From Candidatus Latescibacterota bacterium (GTDB taxonomy: Bacteria > Latescibacterota > UBA2968 > UBA8231): DNA of 64,000 nt. Positions 39,032 through 49,318 of this stretch are shown in pieces. The notes below the pieces were generated by a model. That model saw only the letters and a list, made by a program, of their open reading frames with translations, was not told where the DNA came from and did not search any database. Made by a program: the position numbers and the translations under genes. The stretch covers positions 1,248,001 through 1,312,000 of the forward strand of contig CBDAOB010000005.1 in NCBI GenBank assembly GCA_965197905.1, read 5' to 3'. How positions within the stretch are numbered: position 1 is the first letter of the stretch; each line of letters opens with the position of its first letter.

Positions 39032-40171
39032 ATGAAGAAACGAGAATTGCCGAAATCCGAGCCGTATTTGACCGAGGAGGAGATCGAGACTCTGGTGGCC
39101 GACTTCGAGGGGATTTTGCGGTCTAAGACTCTTACCAGGGGGCCGTTTATAGATCGATTCGAGATGGAATTCGCCACACTTGCGGGTGTCTCACATGCAG
39201 TCGGCATGAGTTCCGGCACGGCTCCACTTGAGGTTGCCATGCGGTTTTGGAACGTGGCAGGCGGCGAGGTGATCGTGCCCACGAACACCTTTGCCGCGTC
39301 GGCAAACGCGGTCCTTCTGGCGGGTGGGACGCCGGTGTTAGCCGACATAACCTGCGAGACTTTGACCAGTGATCTGGACGCGATCGAAGACCACGTTTCT
39401 GACATCACTAGGGGAATCATCGCCGTCCACATCTCGGGGTTTATTCAACCGGATCTTCACGAGGTGCGACGATTCTGCGATCAGCGGGGTCTCTTCCTGT
39501 TGGAAGATGCGGCTCACGCCCATGGAGCCAGCCTGGATGGCCAATCGGCCGGGTCCCTGGGCCACGCCGGCAGCTTTTCGTTTTTTCCTACCAAACCGAT
39601 GACCAGTGGAGAGGGGGGGATGTTGACGACGGATGATTCGGAGTTGGCGGGGTTTGCAGAAAGTTTTCGCTGCCACGGGATCGACGATGCGGGGAAACGC
39701 CTCGAGCGTCTGGGAGCAAACTACCGGTTGCCGGAGCTAAGTGCGGCCCTGGGGCTGCGTCAGCTCGAGCGACTGGAAGAAAAAATGACATATCGTAAAT
39801 CGCTGGTAAACAGCTATATAAGTCAATTGAAATCAGTTCCGGACGTAGGAATTTTTCGAGAACCGAAAAACCAGGTTCACAGTTACTATAAATTCCCGAT
39901 ACTACTCCCGGACTGTTGGGATCGAGAATTCTGCCTGTCCTCGTTGGAGCGGGATTTTGGCATCCGTTGTGGCACCATTTACTGGCCGCCCTGCCATCTG
40001 GAACCCTTTTACCGGCGGCGTTTCGGCTACGGTCCTGGGAGTTTCCCGACCGCCGAAGAAGTGCTGCCGCGAACCCTGACCCTGCCGCTTTATAACGGCA
40101 TGGCACTGGCGGATGTGGAGTATATTTGCGGCGCGGTCAAGGAGGTGGCACGTCGCTACGAAAACGGTTGA
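39032..40171 (+). CDS. DegT/DnrJ/EryC1/StrS sugar aminotransferase
   Basis: SSGT, EDAAHAHG, FSFFPTK, GEGGM, LTLPLY. Confidence 0.92.
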   Translation: MKKRELPKSEPYLTEEEIETLVADFEGILRSKTLTRGPFIDRFEMEFATLAGVSHAVGMSSGTAPLEVAMRFWNVAGGEVIVPTNTFAASANAVLLAGGTPVLADITCETLTSDLDAIEDHVSDITRGIIAVHISGFIQPDLHEVRRFCDQRGLFLLEDAAHAHGASLDGQSAGSLGHAGSFSFFPTKPMTSGEGGMLTTDDSELAGFAESFRCHGIDDAGKRLERLGANYRLPELSAALGLRQLERLEEKMTYRKSLVNSYISQLKSVPDVGIFREPKNQVHSYYKFPILLPDCWDREFCLSSLERDFGIRCGTIYWPPCHLEPFYRRRFGYGPGSFPTAEEVLPRTLTLPLYNGMALADVEYICGAVKEVARRYENG

Positions 40172-40205
40172 CTTTCTGGCGTCGTTAAGTAAGTTAACGT
40201 TTACT
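40168..40205 (+). promoter_or_regulatory. Putative promoter and palindromic operator of the TetR gene
   Basis: TTGACT-16nt-TAAGTT overlapped by AGTAA-N8-TTACT (40188-40205), 3 nt before the ATG. Confidence 0.45.
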
Positions 40206-40208
40206 ATC

Positions 40209-40814
40209 ATGCCTGCTGAAAGGAGAACCCGCAAGAACAAGCGCGAAGCGCTGGTGGGGGCCGCTATCCGGCTGGTCGCTCAAAAAGGGACCAAAGCCGC
40301 TTCCGTTCGGCAGATAGCCGAAGCTGCGGGGGTATCTGAAGCTGCGGTTTATCGACATTTCTCCAGCAAGGAGGATCTTTTTTTTCAGGTTTACTGCCAG
40401 ATCGTCGACGATATGGCGGTCTCCAAGGAAGATATCCTCGGAAGCGGCGAGCCGATGCACCTGCGAATCGGGGGATGGGTCCGGGTTACCTACGACTTCT
40501 TTGACAAATTCCCCGATGCGTTCACCTTCGTGCTCCTGACTCCGCACAACTTCGAAGAGCGGGATGGGGTTGAGATTACCACGAGGCAAGGAGCCATGCT
40601 CATGGCCATGCTCGACCGCGACATGAAGGAGGGTCTGTTACCATCTTTTCAACTCGATCTGGCCATGGCGATGTTTACCGGAGTAATGCTCAACGTGCCG
40701 CGGCTGATCAACGAGGGTGCCCTTGCCGCTCCCGCCTCCCAGTATGCAGATCGCGTAGTAGAGGCGATATTCAACATGTTTCGGATCAAAGAATCGACTC
40801 GCGCGGAAGCTTGA
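40209..40814 (+). CDS. TetR/AcrR family transcriptional regulator
   Basis: SVRQIAEAAGVSEAAVYRHFSSKEDL HTH. Confidence 0.92.
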   Translation: MPAERRTRKNKREALVGAAIRLVAQKGTKAASVRQIAEAAGVSEAAVYRHFSSKEDLFFQVYCQIVDDMAVSKEDILGSGEPMHLRIGGWVRVTYDFFDKFPDAFTFVLLTPHNFEERDGVEITTRQGAMLMAMLDRDMKEGLLPSFQLDLAMAMFTGVMLNVPRLINEGALAAPASQYADRVVEAIFNMFRIKESTRAEA

Positions 40815-40815
40815 G

Positions 40816-41451
40816 ATGTCGGAACGAAAGAGAATTCTGGTTCTAGCGCCCCACACGGACGATGGCGAGTTCGGCTGCGGAGGAACGATTAGTCGATTCG
40901 TCGAAGAGGGGGATGACGTGTATTACGCTGCATTCTCCACCGCCGAGAAGTCTGTCCCACCTGAATTTCCACCCAATATTCTGGAGCGCGAGGTCAGATT
41001 GGGTACCTGCGTTCTGGGTATACGCCCGGAAAATCTTCTCGTTTACAAATACGAGGTACGCTGCCTGCCGCACGCCAGGCAAGAGATTCTTGAAGAGCTA
41101 GTGCGGCTGAAAGCGGAGATAAACCCCGATACGATTTTTCTTCCGAGCAGTCAGGATCTTCACCAGGACCACCAAACCGTTTACACCGAAGGGCTGCGCG
41201 CCTTCAAGATGTCGACGGTTCTCGGATATGAACTGCCTTGGAACAACCTCAGTTTCGACTATCGGCATTTCGTCGTGCTGCAGCAACGCCACGTGGAGAC
41301 CAAGATCGAAGCGCTGCGGTGTTACCAGTCGCAAGCCCATCGTCCCTACAGCGAAGAGGATTTTATCTGGGGATGGGCGCGCACGCGGGGAGTACAGATA
41401 GCAGCTGAATACGCAGAAGCGTTCGACGTGCTCAGGTGGGTGCTGCCGTGA
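40816..41451 (+). CDS. PIG-L/LmbE family deacetylase
   Basis: APHTDDGEFGCGG, HQDH, K..AL..Y.SQ. Confidence 0.9.
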   Translation: MSERKRILVLAPHTDDGEFGCGGTISRFVEEGDDVYYAAFSTAEKSVPPEFPPNILEREVRLGTCVLGIRPENLLVYKYEVRCLPHARQEILEELVRLKAEINPDTIFLPSSQDLHQDHQTVYTEGLRAFKMSTVLGYELPWNNLSFDYRHFVVLQQRHVETKIEALRCYQSQAHRPYSEEDFIWGWARTRGVQIAAEYAEAFDVLRWVLP

Positions 41452-42137
41452 GTCGCGTGTTGGCCGCTCACCAGCCCAACTATCTTGCCTGGCTAGGTCT
41501 TTTCCACAAGGTGGGCAACGCCGACGTCTGGGTGGTTGCCGATGATGTGCAGTTTGCCAAACATGGCTTGACCAATCGCAATCGCGTTCGAACAACAACT
41601 GGATGGCAGTGGCTTACGGTGCCGGTTCTCACCAGGGGTAAGGGTTTGCAATCCATCGGGCAAGTCGAGATCGACAATGCCCGGAATTGGCGCGACAAAC
41701 ATCTCAAGTCGTTGCGATGGAACTACGGCAAGGCACCCTATTTCGCACGCTACGAGGAGGTCCTGGCACGGTACTACGAAACCGATTGGCGACATCTGGT
41801 GGATCTGAACATGGAATTCTGCCGCTTCGTCCTGGGGGAGCTGCAGATAGAGATCGAGCTTCGCAAGACATCGGAATTCGAGGTTCGGGAGGATCGAACT
41901 CTTAGGTTGCTCGATTTGGCAACAGCGCTGGACTGCGGGGTCTATCTGGCCGGAGCGGGATCGTCCCGACAATACCTCGATCCAGCCGCTTTCGAGCAGG
42001 CAGGTATCGAGTGTCGATTCAGCACGTTTCGCCACCCGGTCTACCCCCAATGTTTTCCGGGATTCGAACCGTCCATGTCGACCCTGGACCTGCTGCTGAA
42101 CTGCGGTCCCACGAGCCGGGAGGTGCTGTTTGGCTGA
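41448..42137 (+). CDS. WbqC-like family protein
   Basis: HQPNYL.WLG, DDVQF, NRNR, WLTVP, S.LDLL.N. Confidence 0.88.
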   Translation: MSRVLAAHQPNYLAWLGLFHKVGNADVWVVADDVQFAKHGLTNRNRVRTTTGWQWLTVPVLTRGKGLQSIGQVEIDNARNWRDKHLKSLRWNYGKAPYFARYEEVLARYYETDWRHLVDLNMEFCRFVLGELQIEIELRKTSEFEVREDRTLRLLDLATALDCGVYLAGAGSSRQYLDPAAFEQAGIECRFSTFRHPVYPQCFPGFEPSMSTLDLLLNCGPTSREVLFG

Positions 42138-43272
42138 CAAGGTGTTGATGTTGACGAACGTGCACAGCCCCCTGGATCAGCGCATCTATCATAAGGAAGC
42201 AAAAACCCTGGCTGCGGCCGGGTACAAGATAACCATTGTGGGTCCGGGAGACGCCGTGCTCCAGGAATGCGATGAAGGTATCGAGGTCAAGGTCATTCCC
42301 GTTCCTCGAACCCCGTGGGACCGTTTGACCAACCTGTGGCGACTGTTCGAGATTGCACGGAGCTCCGATGTGGGTCTGGTTCACTTCCACGATCCGGAGC
42401 TGCTTCCCGTCGCGTTTTTGCTCTCGCTTATGGGCAAGAAGGTCATCTACGACGTCCACGAGCATTTTCACATGGTTGCCCTGACGCGATCGTGGATACC
42501 TGCCGCGGTGAGAAGGCCGCTGGCGTTTGCTGTGGAACACGGCGAACGGTATCTCGGCCGCTACATGAACGCAGTAGTGGGAGTGGTAGATGAGCAGGGC
42601 AACCGCTTTGGCCGGCGCCCCTTCGTCGCGGTCAAGAACTATCCGCGGCTGGAGTGTTTTGATGCCCCCCAGAGCGCGAGGGGGATATCCTGCGATTTGC
42701 TGCACGTGGGCTCCCTGTCGCGAGAACGTGGGGCCCTGCTGTTGCCCCGCATACTCAAGACCCTCAAAGGGACCCATCCGACATTCTCTATGCTCAACGT
42801 CGGTGGGTTCCATTCCCCGTCCGATGAGCAGCGATTCCATGAGGATCTGGAAAGCTTCGATCTATGCACGAACGTGCGCTGTCTGCAGCGCCACGTGCCG
42901 TACTCCAAGTTGGGCCATCTCATCGCATCGGGCAGAGTGGGATTGGTTCCGGGGATCGTCTGCCCAAAAAATCTAAAACCGTTTGTGCCCACGAAACTTT
43001 TCGAATATTTGGCGTGCGGTGTACCGGTAGTGGCGAGTGATCTGCCCTCCATAAGGGCGCTGCACAATCAGGGTAGCTGGGGCATCCTGGTGGATCCGGA
43101 CGATCCGCGGGCCCACGCCGACGCAATCGGCTATCTGCTCGACCATCCGGGCGAAGCCGCCGAGATGGGGAAGAGGGGCCGGGCGTTGGTTGAGGAGCGG
43201 TTCCAGTGGGGCCGCCAGGGCAGCAAGCTACTTTCACTCTACGATCTCGTTCTCAAAGGTGGAGCCGTATGA
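42130..43272 (+). CDS. Glycosyltransferase family 4
   Basis: D.RI..KE, HFHDPEL, YDVHE, PTKLFEY.A.G.PVV. Confidence 0.9.
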   Translation: MADKVLMLTNVHSPLDQRIYHKEAKTLAAAGYKITIVGPGDAVLQECDEGIEVKVIPVPRTPWDRLTNLWRLFEIARSSDVGLVHFHDPELLPVAFLLSLMGKKVIYDVHEHFHMVALTRSWIPAAVRRPLAFAVEHGERYLGRYMNAVVGVVDEQGNRFGRRPFVAVKNYPRLECFDAPQSARGISCDLLHVGSLSRERGALLLPRILKTLKGTHPTFSMLNVGGFHSPSDEQRFHEDLESFDLCTNVRCLQRHVPYSKLGHLIASGRVGLVPGIVCPKNLKPFVPTKLFEYLACGVPVVASDLPSIRALHNQGSWGILVDPDDPRAHADAIGYLLDHPGEAAEMGKRGRALVEERFQWGRQGSKLLSLYDLVLKGGAV

Positions 43273-44099
43273 AGGGTTTGGTCCATTTCATCTCAGCATG
43301 CTCGATCTGCCTGGTGTCATCGCATACGCCGAGTTTCGCCGGCGCCTGGAGCCAGCAGAAGGGGCATTATTATGCCAAGTTTTCGGGTATCTACTACACC
43401 TCCGACGAGCGCTACAACGATATGGGCCGGCGCGACGAATTGGGACAGGATGACGATGAATTCAGGTCGACCCAAGGGTTCCTCTACGTCGAGTACGGAG
43501 TAGCCGACAGACTGACCACGGTGGCTCAGTTTCAAGGGGGTAGGTTGGTCAACGAAAACGCGCTGATCCGGCAGACGACCGTGGGCACCGGCGATGTAGA
43601 TCTGGGTCTCAAGTACCAGTGGATCGACGCTCCGGTCGTACTGGCACCATTCGTCACGGCAAAGATACCGGGCGGCTACGACCAGAAATACGAGCCGCCT
43701 CTAGGCACCGGAGATGCCGATCTCGAATTCAGGGTGCTGGCTGCAAAGTCGTTCCACCCGTGGCCGCTGTATATGGGAGCCGAGGTTGGTTACAGGCTGC
43801 GCGGCGGCCCGTTCTCGAATCAGGTTCCGTATCTGGTGGAGGTTGGTTCGCAGTTCCGCGAAGGCATGTTCGCCAAGATCTATGTCAACGGAACCCAAAC
43901 CCGTTCGAAGACGGAGAACCTGGGGTTGGTCGGCGCGGGCGTTCAGGTATCGGAAGGAGACTTCGCGAAGTTGGGACTGAATCTCGCATTCCAAACGGTG
44001 GGATCGATCTGGGTAGACGTGCTTTGGGAGTCCGTGTTCGACGGGAACAACGTCGGAGCCGGTGCGACGTGGGGTCTGGGAATTTCAACGATACAATAG
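43269..44099 (+). CDS. Secreted protein, probable outer-membrane beta-barrel
   Basis: Signal peptide, AGAW, YVEYG, GDVDLGLKY, PLGTG; alternating amphipathic strands. Confidence 0.6.
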   Translation: MKGLVHFISACSICLVSSHTPSFAGAWSQQKGHYYAKFSGIYYTSDERYNDMGRRDELGQDDDEFRSTQGFLYVEYGVADRLTTVAQFQGGRLVNENALIRQTTVGTGDVDLGLKYQWIDAPVVLAPFVTAKIPGGYDQKYEPPLGTGDADLEFRVLAAKSFHPWPLYMGAEVGYRLRGGPFSNQVPYLVEVGSQFREGMFAKIYVNGTQTRSKTENLGLVGAGVQVSEGDFAKLGLNLAFQTVGSIWVDVLWESVFDGNNVGAGATWGLGISTIQ

Positions 44100-44115
44100 T
44101 GACGGAGGTTCGATC

Positions 44116-45246
44116 ATGAAACGATTGGCGCGGCGCGATTTTATGAAGACGGGAGGTGTGGCGGTTATTTCCAGTCTCATACCGTTAGCTGGATGCTCAT
44201 CCAACGACGTAGACGTGCTTGCTATGCCGACAGCGCCCGATGTGGATGTCCCCGCCGGCGCAACAGGGAGCGAGATACTGGTGTCACCAATAACCAGCAA
44301 CGACCGCTTCTACCTGCAATCGATCAACGGACAGAACTACGACCCCAACGTCAACGCCGACAATTGGCGCCTAACGATAGATGGTTTGGTCAGCTCGCCG
44401 ATCACGGGTCTAACCTACGGAGACCTGATTTCCATGCCCATACAAAGGGACACGGTTACCTTGCAATGCATCGGCAACTGGATCGGCGGACCGTTGGTGG
44501 GCAATGCGGAGTGGGGAGGCACGCCGTTGCGCAATCTCCTGGATCGGGCAGGGGTCCAGAATCAAGCCATCCGGCTCAAGTTCTACAGTGTCGATGGGTA
44601 CACGACTTCGATCCCCCTCGAACGTGCCGTTCGGGATAATGTTCTTCTGGCATGGGAAATGAACGGCGAAAGGCTGCCTTCGAAGCACGGGTTTCCAGTG
44701 CGTCTGATCAACCCGGGTCACTACGGTCAAAAGATGCCGAAGTGGATCACCCGAATCGAGCTCATCGACGACGTCTACCTGGGCTATTGGGAAAGGCTGC
44801 CCAAGGACAAGCCGTTCAAGTGGTCGGACGAAGCAGTGGCCACCGTGAACTCTCGCATCGACGCACCGCTTTCCATATGGGACGATGTCAAGGATCCTGG
44901 AAACGGGGGCGTCACTTTTACCTTGCAGACTATTCGGGGTGCCGTCGGAGAGGATTTCATCATACACGGCATCGCGATGGCAGGTGAGCGTATTGTGGAC
45001 CGGGTGGAGGTCAGTACCGACGGTGGGTTTGTGTGGGAGGAGGCCCATATCACTACCCAGCAATCACCGAATATTTGGGTGACCTGGGGCTACCATTGGG
45101 CTTTACCCGCAAGCGGCCGCTACGAGATCTTCGCCCGGGCAACCGACGATGCGGGAGAGGTGCAGCCTGCCACCGACACCGGTGTCGATCTGTACGATGG
45201 CCGCACGGGCTACCACCGGGTTCCGGTGAACGTCGTGACCAGCTGA
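44116..45246 (+). CDS. Sulfite oxidase-family molybdopterin oxidoreductase, Tat lipoprotein
   Basis: RRDFMK Tat motif, LAGC lipobox, TLQCIGN Mo-ligand Cys, GNAEWGG, HGFPVRL..PG.YG, VEVSTDGG. Confidence 0.88.
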   Translation: MKRLARRDFMKTGGVAVISSLIPLAGCSSNDVDVLAMPTAPDVDVPAGATGSEILVSPITSNDRFYLQSINGQNYDPNVNADNWRLTIDGLVSSPITGLTYGDLISMPIQRDTVTLQCIGNWIGGPLVGNAEWGGTPLRNLLDRAGVQNQAIRLKFYSVDGYTTSIPLERAVRDNVLLAWEMNGERLPSKHGFPVRLINPGHYGQKMPKWITRIELIDDVYLGYWERLPKDKPFKWSDEAVATVNSRIDAPLSIWDDVKDPGNGGVTFTLQTIRGAVGEDFIIHGIAMAGERIVDRVEVSTDGGFVWEEAHITTQQSPNIWVTWGYHWALPASGRYEIFARATDDAGEVQPATDTGVDLYDGRTGYHRVPVNVVTS

Positions 45247-45333
45247 TTATGGGGAACGCCGATCAACGGAGTGAGACTGTCTCGGCGATCGGATGGGGTT
45301 GATGGGGGGCGGCAGCGTAGATCTAAGCGGGTA

Positions 45334-45627
45334 TCAGGCTTCCTCGGCGGGCAGCCATTCCTCGATGGTTCGGCATACGGAACGGGCCTGGTTGGCGCTT
45401 GAGATCTCGAACTTACTGCGCTGCAGGTAGGTGCCCTCGCGCTTCTGGTATCTGCGGATCGATATCTTTTGGGGGCCGTAGTCACCCGATTTTCTGTCCA
45501 GATCCTGGTACAGAAACATGATGGTGGCCCACGAGCCTTTGCTCAGCACTTCCTTGTCCAGTTCCTTCCGCAGGACTTGACCATCCTCCTCGTACTGGAT
45601 CGTCAACTCCTCTACCGTTTCCGCCAT
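45334..45627 (-). CDS. Small hypothetical protein (97 aa)
   Basis: Clean ORF with AAGG RBS and protein-like composition. Confidence 0.7.
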   Translation of the reverse strand: MAETVEELTIQYEEDGQVLRKELDKEVLSKGSWATIMFLYQDLDRKSGDYGPQKISIRRYQKREGTYLQRSKFEISSANQARSVCRTIEEWLPAEEA

Positions 45628-45778
45628 CTGAACCTTTCCACTATCTGTATCTCAATCTCGCGTCACGTAGAATAACGACCAATGCAAATCCAATTGCAAC
45701 AAGATTCTTCGAGGTGTTCTCTGCGCTGTAGATCTTCCGCCAACCCTGTTGTTCAATCCGTAAAAAGTAACGTCTTAG

Positions 45779-45807
45779 TTGAGTATCCATATTTTCTCGC
45801 CTATAAT
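45779..45807 (+). promoter_or_regulatory. sigma70 promoter for the indolepyruvate oxidoreductase
   Basis: TTGAGT-17nt-TATAAT. Confidence 0.6.
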
Positions 45808-45873
45808 GATGGCAACAGGGTCGCTTTTGCGAATTGTCTCATCTTGATGTAGACGGAGCACTTCCACTTGTCC

Positions 45874-48800
45874 ATGGATATTCGGGATCGATTTACCCGC
45901 AAAAACGGGACCGTCTTCCTGACGGGAATCCAAGCCCTGGTGCGTTTGATCCTGGAGAAACAACGGACGGATGCCGCCAACGGCCACGTGAATCAAACCT
46001 TCATAACCGGTTATGAGGGGTCGCCCTTAGGTGGGTTCGACATGGTCGTGGCCCAACAGATCGATTTGCTCAATCAGGTTGGGCGCACCGTGCATCAACC
46101 GGGCGTGAATGAAAAGGTCGCCGCCTCGGCCATTCTCGGAAGCCAGTACGCCGATTGCGCTGACGTGGACGCGTTCTGGTATGGCAAAGCCCACGGGGTG
46201 ATGTGGGTGCCCGACGAGGTTTGGTTGTCAAACCTCGCCGGGTCTGCGGGATCGGGTTCCATGGTTCTGCTATGTGGGGAGGATCACAACTCCAAAAGCT
46301 CAGTGACGCCTGGCAGTAGCGACTGGGTGCTGCGCAGCAGCTACGTACCAATTTTTTATCCGTCGTCCGTGGCGGAGGTTCTCACTCTCGGAATGCACGC
46401 CATCGCGCTCTCGCGCCGGACAGGTCTCGTAACCGCGCTCAAATTGACGACCCCGATCTGCGACGGAGCTGCCACGGTCACGTTGGAAGAGCCGCGTTCT
46501 GGATGGCAGCATCAGCAGGTGAGCTATAAAAAGCAGTTCAATCCGTTGGTGATGGCCACAGGAGCGCTTCCAATGCAACGCGAGCTGGTGGAAAGGAAGG
46601 TGCCGCTGGCAGCGGAGTATGTGCGCCTCAATCAGCTCAATCAGGTGGTCGACGAGGATGCTGGCGGGGATGTGGGCATTGTGGCCACGGGCAAGAGTGC
46701 GGTGGATCTCGCTTGCGCGCTAGAAGCGATGGACCTGCGGGTTCCGGTTCTCAAGATCAGCGTAACATTTCCGCTAGATACACAAATCGTCGCCCAGTTT
46801 GGTCAGAATCTTCGCCACATCTACGTGATCGAGGAGGCCGGCGACTTCGTGGAGGATGCTATAAAAGCTGCTCTCTGGAATACGGGAGTGACAGGGGTGT
46901 ACGGGAAAACAGATGATCGCGGTGAGCCGCTGATCCCAGCACACGGAGAGCTCACCCCGGAGCTACTGATTCGGATACTTGAACCGCGATTGAAAGCGAG
47001 CCACTCCGCTACGTCTGCAAGTCGAGGGTTGGAGGAAATCGACAGCCGCACCTATCCACATGTTCCGACAGTTTCGCCCATGTCATGTGGGGGTTGTCCC
47101 TACAACAGCTTCCGCGATCTGTCTGAGAAGCCGGGTGGGGCTATAGGATGCAGCTCGATTCGCGCCGTTGACGCTTATGATAACGGCGTGCTTTACATCC
47201 CGACCATGGGTGCGGGGGGTTCGATCTACAGCGGTTGGTCCCAGTTCAACGGGAACAAGCACATCTTTCAGAACCTTGGAGACGGAAGTTACTTCCACAG
47301 CGGTCGCGGTGCGATTCAGAGCTGCGTCGAAGCCGGCACGAACATCACCTTTCTGCTGCTGTTCAACGGAGCTGTCGCGCTCACCGGCGGTCAGCGACCG
47401 GCGGGACAACGCTGCACGGAAGACGTAGTGTCCGAGCTTCTGGGAATGGGTGTGAAGAGACTAGGCATCGTAAGCGAGGATCCAACGGTGTACAAACTGA
47501 AGTCGGACGATCGCGTGGAGCTGTTCTCAACGGAACGTCACGCAGAGGCACTAGACACGTTCAAGAAACTTCCCGGAACGACCGCTCTAATCCTCGACAA
47601 GGAATGTGCAACCGAGAAAAACCGTCGTGCGCGCCGGCAGCGGACGTCCCCGACAGAATACATCATGATCAACGAGGCGATCTGCGAAGCCTGCGGTGAT
47701 TGTTTCAGGAAGTCTGAGGGGTGCGCCGCGCTGTATCAGGTAGACACCGAGAATGGACCCAAGACTCAGATTCGCACCTCGCAGTGTACCCGCGACAGTC
47801 TGTGTGTAGAAGGAGAATGTCCGGCGTTCGTTTCGGTGATTCCGGCGGCAGGCACGAAGCTCCGGCGTCGCTCCCCTGGCATGATCGAACCACCGCCCGA
47901 ACCCGCGCTGCCAGAGCTGGAGCGTACCTACAGTATCTACGCCACCGGCCGTGGGGGTACGGGTGTTGTTACCATATCCCACATCCTCGCGTTCGCGGCG
48001 ATGATGGAAGGCAGGTTCGTCTACCTATCCAACAATACGGGTCTTGCCCAAAAAGGGGGGCCCGTGGAAGCACCCGTACAGATTAGCGCTGAGAAACAGA
48101 TTACCTTCCATAGTCTGCTGCCTGGCGCCGCCGATCTCTACCTTGGCTTCGATCTGATTCGAGCCGCCGAGCCGGGCAATCTGAGGTACGCGGCCGCGAA
48201 TCGGAGCGTTGGCGTCGTGAGTAGCAGCGTACTGCCGACGGCCGCGCAGAATCGGCATCCCGACGGCCGCATCCCCGACCAAGAGTTCCTGCGCAGTGTC
48301 ATCGAGCGGTATACACGAGCGGGCGAGAATCTCTACGTGGACACCTACGTGGCGGCGGAATCCCTCTTCGCCGATTCGGTCTTCGCCAACATGATTCTGC
48401 TTGGCGCGGCCTTCCAGGCCGGCGCCGTTCCCGTGTCCTCCGACTCCATCGAAAGGGCAATTCGCCTGAACGACCGCGCCGTCGAGGACAATCTGTGCGC
48501 TTTCAGGTGGGGTCGGATCTCCGTCGCTGATCCGGAGCGGCTCACCCGAATCTCCGAGGACGGTGATTCGAATCCGGTGTCGATTCGGTTTGGGGGTATC
48601 GAGTATACCTCCAAGCCGGCGGCGAAGGCTGCGACGCCATCGATCACCAATCACCTGGGCGATCAAGAGCTAGAAGAGGAGGTCGGTCGCTATCTAACCG
48701 AGCTTACGGCGTATCAGGACGCTAGCTACGCGTCCGGATTTCTTCGATACATCGAGAAGGTTCGCGGGAAGGAGCAGGCGATTGGTACGACCGGGACTCG

Positions 48801-49287
48801 CTTTACACGTACGGTGGCGCTTCAGCTCTATCGCCTCATGGCCTACAAAGACGAGTACGAGGTGGCCCGGCTGGCAACCAGGCCGCAGTTCGAGCGCAGA
48901 ATTCGCGGACTGTTCGAGGGCCGACTCTCCATCCGGTACCATTTGCAACCGCAGACTCTGCGCTGGCTCTTCAAAAAGAAGATTCGTTGCGGCTGGGGGA
49001 CGCGGACCGTCTTGCGATTACTGGCCCGTATGAAATGGCTGCGCGGCTCGGGGTGCGATCCCTTCGGCTTTGCGAAGTCGCGAAGACAGGAACGAGAGTT
49101 GGTAGGTTGGTACCGAGATCTGATCGCTAAGCTGACCGCGAGACTAGACGAATCCAACTATGACAGCGCAGTAGAGATTGCGGCGACTGCTGACCGGATC
49201 CGCGGCTTCGAAGAGGTGAAGTCGACGGCGGTGGAAACCGTTCTCGAGACGACCGCGAGAGCATCCGAACGGTTCGGACAAGATTAG
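45874..49287 (+). CDS. Indolepyruvate ferredoxin oxidoreductase family protein (fused single chain)
   Basis: LTGIQALVRL, GYEGSPLGG, CGGCP, GDG TPP motif, CEACGDC, GLAQKGG, MAYKDEYEVARL. Confidence 0.9.
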   Translation: MDIRDRFTRKNGTVFLTGIQALVRLILEKQRTDAANGHVNQTFITGYEGSPLGGFDMVVAQQIDLLNQVGRTVHQPGVNEKVAASAILGSQYADCADVDAFWYGKAHGVMWVPDEVWLSNLAGSAGSGSMVLLCGEDHNSKSSVTPGSSDWVLRSSYVPIFYPSSVAEVLTLGMHAIALSRRTGLVTALKLTTPICDGAATVTLEEPRSGWQHQQVSYKKQFNPLVMATGALPMQRELVERKVPLAAEYVRLNQLNQVVDEDAGGDVGIVATGKSAVDLACALEAMDLRVPVLKISVTFPLDTQIVAQFGQNLRHIYVIEEAGDFVEDAIKAALWNTGVTGVYGKTDDRGEPLIPAHGELTPELLIRILEPRLKASHSATSASRGLEEIDSRTYPHVPTVSPMSCGGCPYNSFRDLSEKPGGAIGCSSIRAVDAYDNGVLYIPTMGAGGSIYSGWSQFNGNKHIFQNLGDGSYFHSGRGAIQSCVEAGTNITFLLLFNGAVALTGGQRPAGQRCTEDVVSELLGMGVKRLGIVSEDPTVYKLKSDDRVELFSTERHAEALDTFKKLPGTTALILDKECATEKNRRARRQRTSPTEYIMINEAICEACGDCFRKSEGCAALYQVDTENGPKTQIRTSQCTRDSLCVEGECPAFVSVIPAAGTKLRRRSPGMIEPPPEPALPELERTYSIYATGRGGTGVVTISHILAFAAMMEGRFVYLSNNTGLAQKGGPVEAPVQISAEKQITFHSLLPGAADLYLGFDLIRAAEPGNLRYAAANRSVGVVSSSVLPTAAQNRHPDGRIPDQEFLRSVIERYTRAGENLYVDTYVAAESLFADSVFANMILLGAAFQAGAVPVSSDSIERAIRLNDRAVEDNLCAFRWGRISVADPERLTRISEDGDSNPVSIRFGGIEYTSKPAAKAATPSITNHLGDQELEEEVGRYLTELTAYQDASYASGFLRYIEKVRGKEQAIGTTGTRFTRTVALQLYRLMAYKDEYEVARLATRPQFERRIRGLFEGRLSIRYHLQPQTLRWLFKKKIRCGWGTRTVLRLLARMKWLRGSGCDPFGFAKSRRQERELVGWYRDLIAKLTARLDESNYDSAVEIAATADRIRGFEEVKSTAVETVLETTARASERFGQD

Positions 49288-49318
49288 GGATCAGGTGTCC
49301 GCGAAAGCCGTACCGTAG

